Assembly (NCBI GenBank): GCA_032718475.1
Contig: JAUCBJ010000627.1
Coordinates: 1-56,430, forward strand
Direction: 5' to 3'
DNA length: 56,430 bases
Source of the DNA: Nemertoderma westbladi
Taxonomy: Eukaryota; Animalia; Xenacoelomorpha
Shown here: one piece after another, positions 31,546 to 46,048 of the stretch
Position numbering within the stretch: position 1 is the stretch's first letter
Layout of the letters: every line of letters begins with the position of its first letter
Program-made: the position numbers and the translations under genes
The notes under the pieces: model-generated
Told to the model about the DNA's origin: nothing
The model's input: the letters and a program-made list of their open reading frames with translations, nothing else
Database searches by the model: none

Positions 31546-32541
31546 CCCCTTCACCACCGTTTTATTTATTCTATAGCTAATAATTCGAGGTTAAATTAAT
31601 GCAGTTTATTTCCAATACTTTATTCCGCAATTTAAACATTATAGACTTTGTCCCGCTGTTTTTTGCGCACCGGTGATCCATTAAACAATTTATCACCTAA
31701 TTTGGATATTATATTATGACATACCGGAGCTTGGGGGGGGGGGGGGGGGGGGGGGTGATTACTTTGGTTCATTCCGTTATTTTTTGTAATGCAGACGGAT
31801 CCCAAATTAAATCTGCCATGTAGCCAGCCCTTAGCTATAAGATAGACGTTGAATCGTCCATATTTTTTAAATTTATTTCGAAATTACTGTAGTACAATAA
31901 TTTAAGTAGTGCAATTGTGTAATATGTTTGTTAATTCATGATATATGATTTAATTGTTTTGGGTATGTGGTATTCATAACAGCATTGTGCGTTTTATGTT
32001 CGGGCTAATCATTAAATAGCGCAGCGTCTCTGTAAAGTTCCGCTTTATGTTTCAACGATCTGTAAAGTGTGACATTCTACGCTCTCAAAAGTCGCAGCGT
32101 TTATTAATGTTTACAGCATTGAGCCAACCAAGTTATACTTTTAATACAACCATCTATGTAATTGTATTACATTACTGTATGTCTTGAAATTTCTTGATGT
32201 AATATAATGGTTTTGTTGAAATTTCTTGGCGTTCGGATTGCAGCATAATACTTAATGTCTGTTAAACGAACGAAGGCAGTGAGTAAGAGGAAATTAAGAT
32301 TCGAGCTACAGAACATTATAAAATATTTTACAACAATGTTGTAATATTAGAAAATGATAATTGATGAAAAAATGCATGTAAAACTGTTCTTATTTAAAAA
32401 AAACGTGACTTTATTTTGGTGGTATTTCTCAAATTTTAGAATATTAATTAAATTTAACATTATATAAAATATTTAAAAATAATTTATCCACTCAGTCAGT
32501 TAGGCATTTGCAATTGCCGGTTTTGGTGGTACAATGTACAG

Positions 32542-32850
32542 TAGGGTTGGTGCGCGAAAAACTTGTTGGGCTAGAAACAGTCGAATAAGGGGTAACAAGG
32601 TGACCTGGATCGGGTGGCGGGGGGTGGTTTTTGTAAAAACACAAGGAAACGGAAACGGTCGAAATGGCGGGTAAATTGTTTGTAAGCGTGGGAAGCCTGT
32701 TTTGAAAATCGGCTGTGATTGGCTGCTACATATTTGACGTCACTACGCAGTGATCAGATAATTTCTTATATTGTTTTCTATGGAGGGTGATATTCGACCG
32801 ATTCAAATATACATTTAATCTCAATCATTTCACACATGGCTTATATCAAT
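32542..32850 (+). mobile_element. Left end of a TAG-terminal DNA transposon (same family as 42498-43361)
   Basis: TAGGGTTGGTGCGC start is the reverse complement of GCGCACCAACCCTA at 43348-43361; body aligns to 42520-42780. Confidence 0.7.
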
Positions 32851-33195
32851 TGAAAGCGGAGAGTCTTGCGCGTCTTTTAACACTACAATTAATTAAATTC
32901 ATGATCATGAACATTTATAAAATACAGTTTGCAATTTTGCAAATTTGGTAGATTGCCTGACCCCATCAACCGTATGCTGACCCCTCAGCACTAGCCACCT
33001 ATTTGCATTGCAGTATCGGAATAGGCCCATGGCTGTATTGTTGCTTAAGTTCATTACGTTGACTAACACAGTGGTACCCGTATGCTAAGCTCGCTTTCTT
33101 CATTAGAACCTACCTACCTACTACTACTACTAACCTACCGCTGTACCACTCTTACGCTACCGCACCGCTACTGAAAATGACCCCATGAAATAAAA

Positions 33196-33365
33196 TTAGC
33201 AGTGCTAAATAATACTACGTATTACTTAGCAGTGCTAAATAATACTACGTATTACTTAGCAGTGCTAATACTGCTAAATAATACTACGTATTACTTAGCA
33301 GTGCTAAATAATACTACGTATTACTTAGCAGTGCTAATACTGCTAAATAATACTACGTATTACTA
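33196..33365. repeat. 30/39-bp tandem repeat
   Basis: TTAGCAGTGCTAAATAATACTACGTATTAC, ~5 copies. Confidence 0.9.
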
Positions 33366-33601
33366 ATATATTTTCGCGAATATGTTTATTTTTAGTCTAA
33401 AGTTAAATTTATTGCCGTTTATTTTTCATTCGATAGTCGACTTTTTAAATTCCATAAGAATATCTATATTTTTCATGGTGGATTATAATCTGGTATTTGG
33501 GTGTAACACTTTGTAGTTAGGCCTATTCCTTGTTTTTATTTCAGTAGTTTCTATTTTTTATAGATGTGCTGATTTAATTCTAATCCATTTGAAGTGCTAG
33601 G

Positions 33602-33770
33602 CCCCCCTTATGGGTAACATTAGTATTGTACCAGTGTACGGTACGGTTGGTTTAGGGACCCCCCTTATCGGTAACATTAGTATTGTACCAGTGTACGGTA
33701 CGGTTGGTTTAGGGACCCCCCTTGTGGGTAACATTAGTATTGTACCAGTGTACTGTACGGTTGGTTTAGG
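33602..33770. repeat. ~57-58-bp tandem repeat, 3 copies
   Basis: GGTAACATTAGTATTGTACCAGTGTACGGTACGGTTGGTTTAGG repeated. Confidence 0.9.
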
Positions 33771-35037
33771 TTGATATTATAATAGATAAATTATTGTTAT
33801 TTAATTAATATAATACTTTATTCTTATAAATTAATAATACCTTTCTTCGCCTTATTGTTCTAAAATTGACAGAAAAGGATCTATCCATCTATAATCAGCC
33901 TGCTGCATTGAGATGCTGTGTTGGCTTAATACAAAATTCTGCCACCACCCCACCATGCCATGCAATCCACAATTGCATGCTCCAATACAGCGTGCATTAA
34001 GAATGCTGTGCCGGCTTATCAACTAAACTGCGCCGCCACAACTCCATATCCCCCATGACTTTCGCGAGATTATCCGCATCTTCAAGGCCATAGTGTCTTT
34101 TAAGAGGCGTATAAAGAATGTGCGGGGAGAAGAACATAAAACTGCTCGTAATCTGAAATTCAAAAGTTATGAGATTTGCTGCTGTGAAGGCTAGAAATAT
34201 GCCATTCAGTTACTCCGAACAAATATAACTATTAACATGAAAATGAACTCATCGGTGAACGTGTCAAACAATCACCAAGCCGCAGAACTATTAACATACT
34301 TTTGTAAGAAGAACCACTTTTTTTATCGTAGAGTTTTATAAAGAAAAAATGTTTATAATGTTACTTAGTCAAAAGTACATATTTTTGTTATTTTCTCTAC
34401 TTCTATAAATTTTTTAAAGTTATAATATAATTGCATGAGCTGTGTTCTCAATGCCTATAGGGGCAGTAATAAGTTCTTAAATTGGGTAGCACAATATTAA
34501 GTGCACCCAATAACAGTATATTATTGGGTAGCACAATATTTAAATGATTAACTATTATAAAATAATTTGTTAGTACCTAATGAATATCTAATTCTTGTCA
34601 TAATGGAGAAAATCAAAGCATTTCAAATGAACCTTTTCAGTTTCACACGTGTTTTTGTATGTTTGTTTGTGTTACGCCAAACATCTGAGTATGATTAATT
34701 GTGCACCTCTACAGCGCGGTTAGTTCGAGTATTTCGTCAACACTTCGCTTCTGGTGCAAAAACAACCGAGGTGCAAAACGTTCATCTTATGGACCTATGA
34801 CAATTTTCTATAACAGTAAAAAGTTGATATAAGTAGGGAAAATACTATAAATTACTGTATTATAAGCTTACTGTATTATACTATGGAAAGTGTTTTATCA
34901 TGTTCTAATGTTTTGGACGGATTTTTTTTTGGTGGGGGGGGGGGGGGGGGGGGCTGTTCTTTCGTGTTGCGTAACCCTTCTGAAACCATGAGGGGGGGGC
35001 TGTTCTTTCGTGTTGCGTAACCCTTCTGAAACCATGT

Positions 35038-37853
35038 GGTGATGGTGATGGTGTGGACGAGGCTTGGTGATGGTGTGGACGAAGCTTCGTGATGGTGTGG
35101 ACGAGGCTTCGTGATGGTGTGGACGAAGCTTCGTGATGGTGTGGACGAGGCTTGCTGATGGTGTGGACGAGGCTTGGTGATGGTGTGGACGAGGCTTCGT
35201 GATGGTGTGGACGATGCTTGGTGATGGTGTGGACGATGCTTGGTGATGGTGTGGACGATGCTTGGTGATGGTGGGGACGAGGCTTTGTGATGGTGCGGAC
35301 GAGGCTTTGTGATGGTGTGGACGAGCTTGGTGATGGTGTGGACGAGGCTTGGTGATGGTGTGGACGAAGCTTCGTGATGGTGTGGACGATGCTTGGTGAT
35401 GGTGCGGACGAGGCTTTGTGATGGTGTGGACGAGCTTGGTGATGGTGTGGACGATGCTTGGTGATGGTGTGGACGATGCTTGGTGATGGTGCGGACGAGG
35501 CTTTGTGATGGTGTGGACGAGCTTGGTGATGGTGTGGACGATGCTTGGTGATGGTGTGGACGATGCTTGGAGATGTTGTGGACAAGGCTTTGTGATGGTG
35601 TGGACGAGGCTTGGTGATGGTGTGGACGAGGCTTTGTGATGGTGTGGACGAGGCTTGGTGATGGTGTGGACGAGGCTTTGTGATGGTGTGGACGAGGCTT
35701 TGTGATGGTGTGGACGATGCTTGGTGATGGTGTGGACGATGCTTGGTGATGGTGTGGACGATGCTTGGTGATGGTGGGGACGAGGCTTCGTGATGGTGTG
35801 GACGAGGCTTCGTGATGGTGTGGACGAAGCTTCGTGATGGTGTGGACGAGGCTTGGTGATGGTGTGGACGATGCTTTGTGATGGTGTGGACGAGGCTTTG
35901 TGATGGTGTGGACGATGCTTGGTGATGGTGTGGACGAGGCTTGGTGATGGTGTGGACGAAGCTTCGTGATGGTGTGGACGATGCTTGGTGATGGTGCGGA
36001 CGAGGCTTTGTGATGGTGTGGACGAGCTTGGTGATTGTGTGGACGATGCTTGGTGATGGTGTGGACGATGCTTGGTGATGGTGCGGACGAGGCTTTGTGA
36101 TGGTGTGGACGAGCTTGGTGATGGTGTGGACGATGCTTGGTGATGGTGTGGACGATGCTTGGAGATGTTGTGGACAAGGCTTTGTGATGGTGTGGACGAG
36201 GCTTGGTGATGGTGTGGACGAGGCTTTGTGATGGTGTGGACGAGGCTTTGTGATGGTGTGGACGATGCTTGGTGATGGTGTGGACGATGCTTGGTGATGG
36301 TGTGGACGAGGCTTCGTGATGGTGTGGACGAGGCTTCGTGATGGTGTGGACGAAGCTTCGTGATGGTGTGGACGAGGCTTGGTGATGGTGTGGACGAGGC
36401 TTGGTGATGGTGTGGACGAGGCTTCGTGATGGTGTGGACGATGCTTGGTGATGGTGTGGACGATGCTTGGTGATGGTGTGGACGATGCTTGGTGATGGTG
36501 CGGACGAGGCTTTGTGATGGTGTGGACGAGCTTGGTGATGGTGTGGACGATGCTTGGTGATGGTGTGGACGAGGCTTCGTGATGGTGTGGACGAGGCTTG
36601 GTGATGGTGTGGACGAGGCTTGGTGATGGTGTGGACGAGGCTTGGTGATGGTGTGGACGAGGCTTTGTGATGGTGTGGACGAGGCTTTGTGATGGTGTGG
36701 ACGATGCTTGGTGATGGTGTGGACGAGGCTTGGTGATGGTGTGGACGAAGCTTCGTGATGGTGTGGACGATGCTTGGTGATGGTGCGGACGAGGCTTTGT
36801 GATGGTGTGGACGAGCTTGGTGATGGTGTGGACGATGCTTGGTGATGGTGTGGACGATGCTTGGTGATGGTGCGGACGAGGCTTTGTGATGGTGTGGACG
36901 AGCTTGGTGATGGTGTGGACGATGCTTGGTGATGGTGTGGACGATGCTTGGAGATGTTGTGGACAAGGCTTTGTGATGGTGTGGACGAGGCTTGGTGATG
37001 GTGTGGACGAGGCTTTGTGATGGTGTGGACGAGGCTTGGTGATGGTGTGGACGAGGCTTTGTGATGGTGTGGACGAGGCTTTGTGATGGTGTGGACGATG
37101 CTTGGTGATGGTGTGGACGATGCTTGGTGATGGTGTGGACGAGGCTTGGTGATGGTGTGGACGAGGCTTGGTGATGTTGTGGACAAGGCTTTGTGATGGT
37201 GTGGACGAGGCTTTGTGATGGTGTGGACGAGGCTTTGTGATGGTGTGGACGATGCTTGGTGATGGTGTGGACGATGCTTGGTGATGGTGTGGACGAGGCT
37301 TGGTGATGGTGTGGACGATGCTTGGAGATGTTGTGGACAAGGCTTTGTGATGGTGTGGACGAGGCTTGGTGATGGTGTGGACGAGGCTTTGTGATGGTGT
37401 GGACGAGGCTTGGTGATGGTGTGGACGAGGCTTTGTGATGGTGTGGACGAGGCTTTGTGATGGTGTGGACGATGCTTGGTGATGGTGTGGACGATGCTTG
37501 GTGATGGTGTGGACGAGGCTTGGTGATGGTGTGGACGAGGCTTGGTGATGGTGCGGACGAGGCTTTGTGATGGTGTGGACGATGCTTGGTGATGGTGTGG
37601 ACGATGCTTGGTGATGGTGTGGACGATGCTTGGTGATGGTGTGGACGAGGCTTGGTGATGGTGTGGACGAGGCTTGGTGATGGTGCGGACGAGGCTTTGT
37701 GATGGTGTGGACGATGCTTGGTGATGGTGTGGACGATGCTTGGTGATGGTGTGGACGATGCTTGGTGATGGTGGGGACGATGCTTGGTGATGGTGTGGAC
37801 GAGGCTTGGTGATGGTGTGGACGAGGCTTGGTGATAGTGTGGACGAGGCTTGG
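35038..37853. repeat. 22-bp minisatellite, ~128 copies (GTGATGGTGTGGACGA(G/T)GCTT(G/T/C))
   Basis: Continuous 22-bp period with recurring variant blocks. Confidence 0.97.
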
Positions 37854-38084
37854 TCTTCATTTAACATAATTTTTTTAGAGTCCTAAATTCTGTAGATAAT
37901 ATATACGTGGTATTTCTTGAACTCATTAAACAACGGGACCTTTGTGTACAGTATAGCGACCAGTATATAGGTTAGGTTATGGTTATAGGGGCCAGTTTAT
38001 AGGTTTAGAAAACACCATTGATTAGGCCCTAGACGAATTTCTGCAGTCTGCGAAACAATATACAGCGGGGCATTAAATTAGCAA

Positions 38085-38632
38085 AAGCGTATTTCTTTAC
38101 TACAAAAATTGAGTAACATGCAAGTGAACCTAAAAAAACTGTTGAAGATATGGAACAATAACATTTTAGGATATAAAAACCCAAAGAGCAGTACACATAA
38201 TACAGTAGTACTTAATATAGACGGTGAAAGTAGCCATGGCCCTGTTGCCGTGTCAATTGCATTTAATAACTTTTTCACTAGTATTGCAACAAACCTCGTC
38301 TCCAAATTGCCAGCAGCTAAAAATAAGTTTTCAGTTACTTCAAATAAGTTTAATGAATTCTACAGAAATTATTTTCCAGAATTGCAGGATGATTTTGTTT
38401 TCAATGAGCTAACACGGTTGTGCACAACTAAGAGCTCGGGCTTAGACGAAATTCCATGCAGGTTCCTAAATGATGGCGCAGAAATTCGGAAACTACCGAT
38501 CACTTTTTTGACAAACCTCTCATAACAACCAAATCTGTCCCTACAGAATTAAAAATGACAATAGTCATACCAATTTACACGAAAAATTATAAATTAGATC
38601 CATGAAATTACAGGCCAGTTAGTATACTAAGC
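38085..38632 (+). pseudogene. CR1/L2-type LINE ORF2 fragment
   Basis: AFNNFFTSIA, KSSGLDEIPCRFL, then VIPIY...DP*NYRPVSIL with frameshift and stop. Confidence 0.8.
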
Positions 38633-40476
38633 TTTCGCGCAGCACGAGGCTCAGTTGTCAAATACAGATTAAAATTGAGCAATTCTATCCCAAAATCGGT
38701 ATTTAAGAAATTTAACCAAACCGCCAATAACATATTATGAATAAATTAAAGAAGAGAGGAGAGGAAAGTTCCCCCCTCCAACCCCCCTCTTAATCGCCAT
38801 CACCCCAACCCAAAGGCGCACAGAGGATTTGTGTGCGTAAAATTTTAAATTTTAGGCGTAGAGGCGACCCAATTTGTAAAAAATATTAAAACTTACCTTA
38901 TGCCGATAGTGTAGATACTGAAATATTAATTTATTATGTCAACCAACACCTCCAACGAAATTATTTAGGTAATTATTATTCTAAAGAATCACGATTAAAT
39001 ACTGAGGCAATCATGTTGCGAGTGCGAGATAAATAATAAGCAAGCTGGCTTATTAGTCTGGCACCTTACTCTAGTAGTGCCTGCCTATGTCCCATAGATG
39101 TAATTACCCGTTGCCAGGTAGTGGTGAGATGATTGGACTGGTTCCCCACTATAGGCAAGAGCAAGCATGTCAAGGAATTATTGAGCTGGAAATATAAATT
39201 GAGGGGCATTTTGATAACTTAATTACGTTTAGATCAATTAAAACTTTCAAATAAATATATATTTAAATAAAAATTTCTTAAAGCAAATCACTTGAAGTAA
39301 TTAAAAACTATAATTGAATGGGGTATGGGGATTACAGCTGTATAATTTTTAAGTATATTTAGTTATATCTTATACTATAAAATAATTAATTCCCATTAAA
39401 AGTCATGTTGAAAATGCTGTTTATTACACTAACCAACATTAATTAATTAATCATTAATTAATTAACTGAATTTATCTTACGTTTAAATTTGAACACAACA
39501 AACAAAACAACAGACACCGATTGAGTTAGTGGTACCTGTATACTAAGCTCGCTTACTTTCGTGGCTCGCCCCACATGGTTTCTAAAATACAAGAAAGGGC
39601 AGTTTATATACAACTAGAGGTTCTACTCGACCTCCAGAAGGCTTTTAATACTGAATCAAAATTTACTACATAAACTGGAAGTAATGGGTGTGGTATCAGT
39701 TGATTGGTTCAAATAATACACGTTGTGGGCCTTCGCGCAACACGAGAGCCAAAATAAGCAATCCATGCAATGCACAATTGTTGCATTAAAATGCTATGCC
39801 GGTTTATCGACTATTTATTGCGCGGCCACAACTCCATGACTTGAGGACTCGATGGGCTATCCTCTCTCTCAGCATGGAGCATGGGGTTCCGAACGCTTAA
39901 CTTAATTAATTAATCACTTTAATAGTGATGTCTAGGAATATTGATGACATTCATATCCTTATTTATTTATTTGTATGGTATTAATTTCGCACTGCCAACT
40001 CGCCAGGGCGAGTACAAGCGTTTCATTGCCTCACCAGTATTCTTAATTTCCGCATCTAGTATTTGTTTATAATTTATTATTGGTGTTTGGGTTACTATTT
40101 GTTGGCATTCAACTCCAGCCATCATCAATAATTGTCCCAAACAAAGCTCGTTATTTTAATTGTAGAGTTCAGCATAAATGAGAGAAATAACTGTTTGAGT
40201 AGCTATATTAGTCAGATATGTTCACATCCTTTCATTTTCAGACTTTCACCTTTATTTGAGATAAAATAATTATTTCTTTAGAGGTCTACGGGCTACGTTC
40301 GACCTTCTCCTATAGTTTATATTTAATACAAAACTAATAAATACCCTTTGAACATTAGCAGATAATACAATTCAATTTAATTAGGCCTACTCATTAAAAG
40401 AAAAGGTCAACTTTATATAAAGTATACAATACATTATACTTTATATTTATATATAATAATTATTTACATCATTGTG

Positions 40477-40593
40477 TGCAAAGTAGCACTTTGCAGCGTT
40501 ATGACCCGAGTTTATTTATGTGCCGAGCGAGCGCAGCGAGGGAGGTTTACATAAATAAACAAGGGTCTTTAACGCTGAAAAGTGACCTTTGCA
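40477..40593. repeat. Palindromic hairpin of a non-autonomous element
   Basis: CAGCGTTA..GACCC..GTTTATTTATGT / ACATAAATAAAC..GGGTC..TAACGCTG around a CGAGCGAGCGCAGCGAG loop. Confidence 0.65.
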
Positions 40594-41136
40594 AGCTATG
40601 ATACATGTAATGTTGTTACATTATGTCAACGCAGCGTTCGCTATGTGAAGAAAGGATTTTATAGATGATCATTTAAACATTTTAATCATGTACTTTTTCA
40701 AATATTAGTGAAAATTATTACCAGGTACACAATATTAATTATACGTTAATATTAATTATATCTAATTAAAGTTTATTGTTGTTATCATGGATGTGATAAA
40801 TCTTGTATCCTTTGTTGACTGAAGCAAACTCACCGTCTGTATCCGTTCAGTGTTACTGAACACTGTCGTCATATTTTCTAGCTCATTTTCTCGAAAATGT
40901 CTTCTATAGGACATATGGAATACAGTCTTACACGTTAAACAATTATTTACATACAGTAGCTACTGTAGTCCCGTCACTTCAAACTGGACGCACGCATTAT
41001 GCAAACACGTGCTGCTTTATTGAATAAAGAAGCACTTATTAATATAAATGGAAATAATACATTCTGGAATACGGTAATTGAAGTTGTTTCCATGTCATTG
41101 ATTACTTGTAGCGTTCTGTCCTATTGGCCGCAACGC

Positions 41137-41516
41137 TGCAAAGTAGTACTTTGCACAGTACAAAGTAGTACTTTGCACAGTACAAAGTAGTACTTTGCAC
41201 AGTACAAAGTAGTACTTTGCACAGTACAAAGTTCTTTTTTTCATTTTTATATGTCAATTTAATAAAGCAAAATGCCAACAAATATATACTACACGATACA
41301 TTTAGCATTTACGGGGGAAATTCAACAGTACAAAGTAGTACTTTGCACAGTACAAAGTAGTACTTTGCACAGTACAAAGTAGTACTTTGCACAGTACAAA
41401 GTAGTACTTTGCACAGTACAAAGTAGTACTTTGCACAGTACAAAGTAGTACTTTGCACAGTACAAAGTAGTACTTTGCACAGTACAAAGTAGTACTTTGC
41501 ACAGTACAAAGTAGTA
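41137..41516. repeat. 22-bp tandem repeat AAAGTAGTACTTTGCACAGTAC in two blocks (41137-41232, 41326-41516)
   Basis: Exact repeats, each containing an AAAGTA-G-TACTTT mini-palindrome. Confidence 0.93.
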
Positions 41517-41886
41517 CCCTGCAAGGATTCCAAATATGTAATACAATTTAAATTTCGTTGAAAAATAGCAGCGAGTTATGGGCGTTCAAATGTTGCATGG
41601 TTTTTCACCTGCGCGAGGCTATTATATTCTATTTAATAAATAAACCATATTCTGGAACACTTTTTAAATGTATGAATAGCTACGTAATAGTATTGATTAA
41701 AGATGTAATGCATTGTTGCCCAGCTACGTATTTGGATAAACAAAATACTCCAGATTATAATGCATTTATTAAATAGAATATAATAGCTTCGCGCAGGTGC
41801 AAAACCATAACATTTGAACGCCAATATAACTCAGCTATTTTACAACGAAATTCAAATTGTGTTACATATTTGGAATCGTTGCAGGG
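41517..41886. repeat. Inverted repeat with ~125-bp arms
   Basis: CCCTGCAAGGATTCCAAATATGTAA... / ...TTACATATTTGGAATCGTTGCAGGG. Confidence 0.85.
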
Positions 41887-42314
41887 CCAGCTTTCCATTG
41901 TTACACAGCGCCGGGGACTTCCCGGATTTTAATATATATATAATTATATACAAACAAACAGCTATAAGGTAGAAGAATAACTGCGGTGTAACTGGTGTAA
42001 TATCGCTGGAGACACTTTTTTAAACGCTTGTAGCTAAAGATTGAAAGCAAAAATAAAAATTCTGGCTCACCCAGTCAGTGGTCGGGAGGTGAAACTATCT
42101 CTGTTTCAAATTTCATGCAATCTCATTAAGATTTGTAGAAAAATTAGGGGGGGGGGGCATGTACCTGAATAACGACACTATATTCTAGGACATGGTGTAT
42201 TGTTGTGTGCTTTCAGTTTTGAGCCCCAACTCAAATAACTTATTTCCTGTTTATACAAGTAACAACTCTAGGCCTTGCCTTCACTGAATACTCTAAATGG
42301 TACCGAAGGCCAAG

Positions 42315-45300
42315 ATGAATATGTTGATTACCCTAATATTTCTATCAACAATGTGTTTAGCTATGAACAGAGTGGATGCGTTGAAAGTGGCTTCGTTTAA
42401 TATACAGATATTTGGTGAGAACAAGATGAATGAACCAGAGGTTGTTAAAGTTCTAGTCAAGGTGAGATAAAGAGATTCATTTACTCTTTACAATAATAGG
42501 TTTGTTAAGCGGTAAAATTGTTGACCTAGAAACAATCGAATAAGGGGTAACAAGGTGCTCTGGATCGGGTGGTGGGTGTGTTTTTTGTAAAACGCGAGGA
42601 AACGGTCGAAATTGGCGGGTTTAAGTACGCCCGGGAAGCCAATTTTGTAAATCGGTTGTGATTGGCTGCGCTACAGATTTGACGTCACTATAAAGTGGTC
42701 TGATAATTTCTTAATCTTGGTTTCTATGGATAGCGATTTTCGATACATTCACATGCACATTTAATCTCAATCATTTCACACGCGGCGTATAGTGACGTCA
42801 CGACCAATCACAGATTATTTTCATATTTTGAATAATTTTTAAACTGAAAACACAAATATCTCGGCTATTTTAGCATCTTATTGAATTCTGTAAACGCCAT
42901 TGTGTTTCTGTGATATTATTGCATCTAATTGATCTGGTTTTGAATTTGAGTCGTGAAAAGTTAAATTCATTAGTTAAATTCATTACTTAAATTCATTACT
43001 TAAATTTATTACTTAAATTCATTACTTAAATTAATTACTTAAATTCATTACTTAAATTCATTTCTTAAATTCATTACTTAAATTCATTACTTAAATTCAT
43101 TACTTAAATTCATTACTTAAATTTATTACTTAAATTCATTACTTAAATTCATTACTTATATTCATTACTTAAATTCATTACTTAAATTCATTACTTAAAT
43201 TCATTACTTAAATTCATTACTTAAATTTATTACTTAAATTCATTACTTAAATTCAATACTTAATTTCATTACTTCAATTCATTACTTAAATTCATTACTT
43301 AAATTCATTACTTAAATTAAATTCATTACTTAAATTCATAAATTCATGCGCACCAACCCTATTACATTGTGTTGGTACTTAATCATATTGCTGTAAAGTT
43401 ATTAATTAACCAAACACTACTTCATTTAGATTTTAAACAGATACGATCTGATTTTGATCATGGAGATTCGAGATAAAAGTGAAACTGCGATTTACCAGCT
43501 GTTGAAGGATGTTAACGCCCACGCACATGCTGGGGGTAAATACGATGTAACAGTTGGTCCACGACTAGGTGACTCTGATTCAAAAGAACAATATGCGTAT
43601 ATGTACAAGTGAGTGGTCTAGTTTATATTTATTATTGCGCAAATCTCATCTTGGCCAATTAATATCCCGACTCAAGGTTAAATTACAAATTTGGGGAAAG
43701 GAGCAGGTTAAAGTGGCACGTTATTCTAACCAAAACAATAAAGGAAACTATATATAACAGGTTAGGTTACAGTTTTATTTTTGGAGAGGGACGCTAATAA
43801 TTGATTGCGTCTAAAGTCCATCCGTATCTTGTGTTTTGATCTTATGCCAACCACACGCCGAGCGAGCCGAGCGACGACGGTCGAGCGAGCTCGGACAGTG
43901 GAAATGAGATCCTTCCAGGCTTGTCGCAATTTCGTTTCTCCCAAGTTCAGTATCCCTTTCAGCTGATCTATATATGTTATAGCCAGTCGTCCACGGGATC
44001 GCTTACCGTACCTTGTTCTGGTTGCCAGAAAAGTTCACAAAGAATAGTTGATACAGGTGGTATTGTACAATAAAGTTCAGCGTTTGTCACATTGTGTTGT
44101 CTCCAGCTGATGTTTAGGGCTGCCCGTGGTTTCCATAGTGACCATAAAGTGTATGTACATAAAGTTAACAACTAATAACATCCCAGGTAAATGGCTATAT
44201 TACCATAGCAACTTACTCGACAAATATTTGCAGGAAGGATCTTATAAAAATCAGCAACGAATATACCTATAAAGGGGTCGATGTATTCGAACGGAACCCG
44301 TATGTGGTGGAGGTTGAAACCAAGTACATCCCGTTACCGAGGTTCTTTATTATCGGTATCCACACCCAACCTTCGAAAGCGAAAGCAGAAATAGATAGTC
44401 TTGTTGACGTTTACGACAATGCCGTCAGGAAACTTGGAATTAAGGTAAATATCAGATTACTTATCCAATACCAGTCACATATCCGTCATTACGAACAAAA
44501 ATGACACCCTATCATCTCTACAGGACTCGTTTATTGTTTTGGTTAGAATATAATGACCATGTATCTGCTCCTTTCCCTTAATTTACCACGGAGACATTGG
44601 CTTCCAATTATAAGCCCTGGTTCGATCCCAGCTTAGACGAATCAGTTATGTTTAGTAATGTCATTTATAGGCTGCAGCCTAGCCTATGCTAAACTTTCAT
44701 CCTTGACTGAGCGATAAGTGGTAACCAAGTCTTCTTGGGAACAGAGTTGAAGGGTTTACTGTAGAAGATCACCCATGGGTGGTGAAGAGGCATTCCTTTA
44801 GGAAACAGAGTGGAAGGATTTACTGTGGAAGATCACCCATGGTGGTGAACAGACATTCCTTTCGGACACAGATTGGAAGGATTTACTGTGGAAGATCACG
44901 CATGGTGGTGAACAGGAATTATTTTAGGAAATAGAGTGGAAGGGTTTATTGTGGAAGATCACCATGGCGGTGAATGGCATTCCTTTAGGAAACAGAGTGG
45001 AAGGGTTTACTGTGGAAGATCACCATGGTGGTGAACTGGCATTCCTTTAGGTAACATGGCATTCCTTTAGGAAACAGAGTAGAAGTGTTTACTGTGGAAG
45101 ATCACCCATGGTGGCGAACATACATTCCTTTAGGAAACAAAGTGGAAGAGTTTACTGTGGAATATCACCCATGGTGGTGAACAGACATTCCTTTAGGACA
45201 CAGAGTTGTAGGATTTACTGTGGAAGATCACGCATGGTGGTGAACAGGAATTATTTTAGGAAATAGAGTGGATGGGTTTATTGTGGAAGATCACCATGGC

Positions 45301-46048
45301 GGTGAATGGCATTCCTTTAGGAAACAGAGTGGAAGGGTTTACTGTGGAAGATCACCGTGGCGGTGAATGGCATTCCTTTAGAAACAGAGTGGAAGTGTTT
45401 ACTGTGGAAGATCACCCATGGAACAGGCATTCCTTTAGGAAAGAGAGTGGAAGAGTTTAATGAGGAAGATCACCAATGGTGTTACAAAATGGCTTTACAG
45501 GGGGGACTTAACTTAAAACCCAAATAGAATTAGATAAGTTAATTTTAATAGCTGTCCACCGTGCTCATCGAATTCTCCTTAAAAAGAGCCTTCGAATGAT
45601 ATATATGTTTATAGGTTTTGAAAGAAAAAATTTTTGACGAAAATCCCATCTTAAGTTTGGCCACTTTTAGTGATATTGACCACCCCGTACGGTACATTTC
45701 TCAAACTAATCCATTTTCCTTTATGTAATTACCCATTGACCAAATATTATATAATTTAATTATATATGATATGAATGTCATTGTAAGAGTTCTTCCATAA
45801 GAACTTAGTCGATACATTTTAATTTCAAAATAAAAAACTGTATGTTTTAATATTTTACAATCTCGCTTTTTACATGCAGGATGGGCTTATAATGGGAGAT
45901 TTGAACGCCGGTTGCACTTACGTTTGTAAGAGGTGCTGGGCGAATATTAGGCTTCGGACTCAGTCCAGATTCACATGGCTGATAAACGATACAGTCGATA
46001 CAACCACAACTGATACAAACTGCGCCTATGATAGGTTTATCACTGCAG
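42315..46048 (+). CDS. Secreted deoxyribonuclease I family gene; exons 42315-42461, 43430-43608, 44234-44444, 45880-46048; final exon(s) not found
   Basis: Signal peptide then LKVASFNIQIFG; RYDLILIMEIRD; RLG...KEQYAYMY; DVFERNPY; IGIHTQP; IMGDLNAGCTYV; FTWLI.D.VDTT....CAYDR. GT-AG junctions keep frame (phases 0,2,0). Alternative in-frame ATG at 42297. Confidence 0.92.
42498..43361. mobile_element. TAG-terminal non-autonomous DNA transposon in DNase I intron 1, containing a 13-bp tandem array (42960-43345)
   Basis: TAGGTTTGTT... / ...CACCAACCCTA ends; (TTAAATTCATTAC)n; homology to 32542. Confidence 0.7.
43880..44125 (-). mobile_element. RTE LINE 3' fragment in DNase I intron 2
   Basis: RAALNISWRQH.TNAELY and AWKDLISTVRARST match the C-terminus of the 47472 ORF. 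Confidence 0.85.
44590..45480 (+). repeat. SINE-like head followed by ~12 copies of a ~61-63-bp repeat
   Basis: B-box GGTTCGATCCC at ~44619; unit GGAAACAGAGTGGAAGGGTTTACTGTGGAAGATCACCCATGGTGGTGAACAGGCATTCCTTTA from 44740. Confidence 0.75.

Noticed and set aside
34876-37867. Three 800-1000-aa His/Ser/Pro-rich ORFs
   Set aside because: All three frames give the same peptide cycle because a 22-bp repeat lacks stops on that strand; artefact
41102-41546. Cys/Tyr-rich short ORFs
   Set aside because: Translations of the 22-bp tandem repeat
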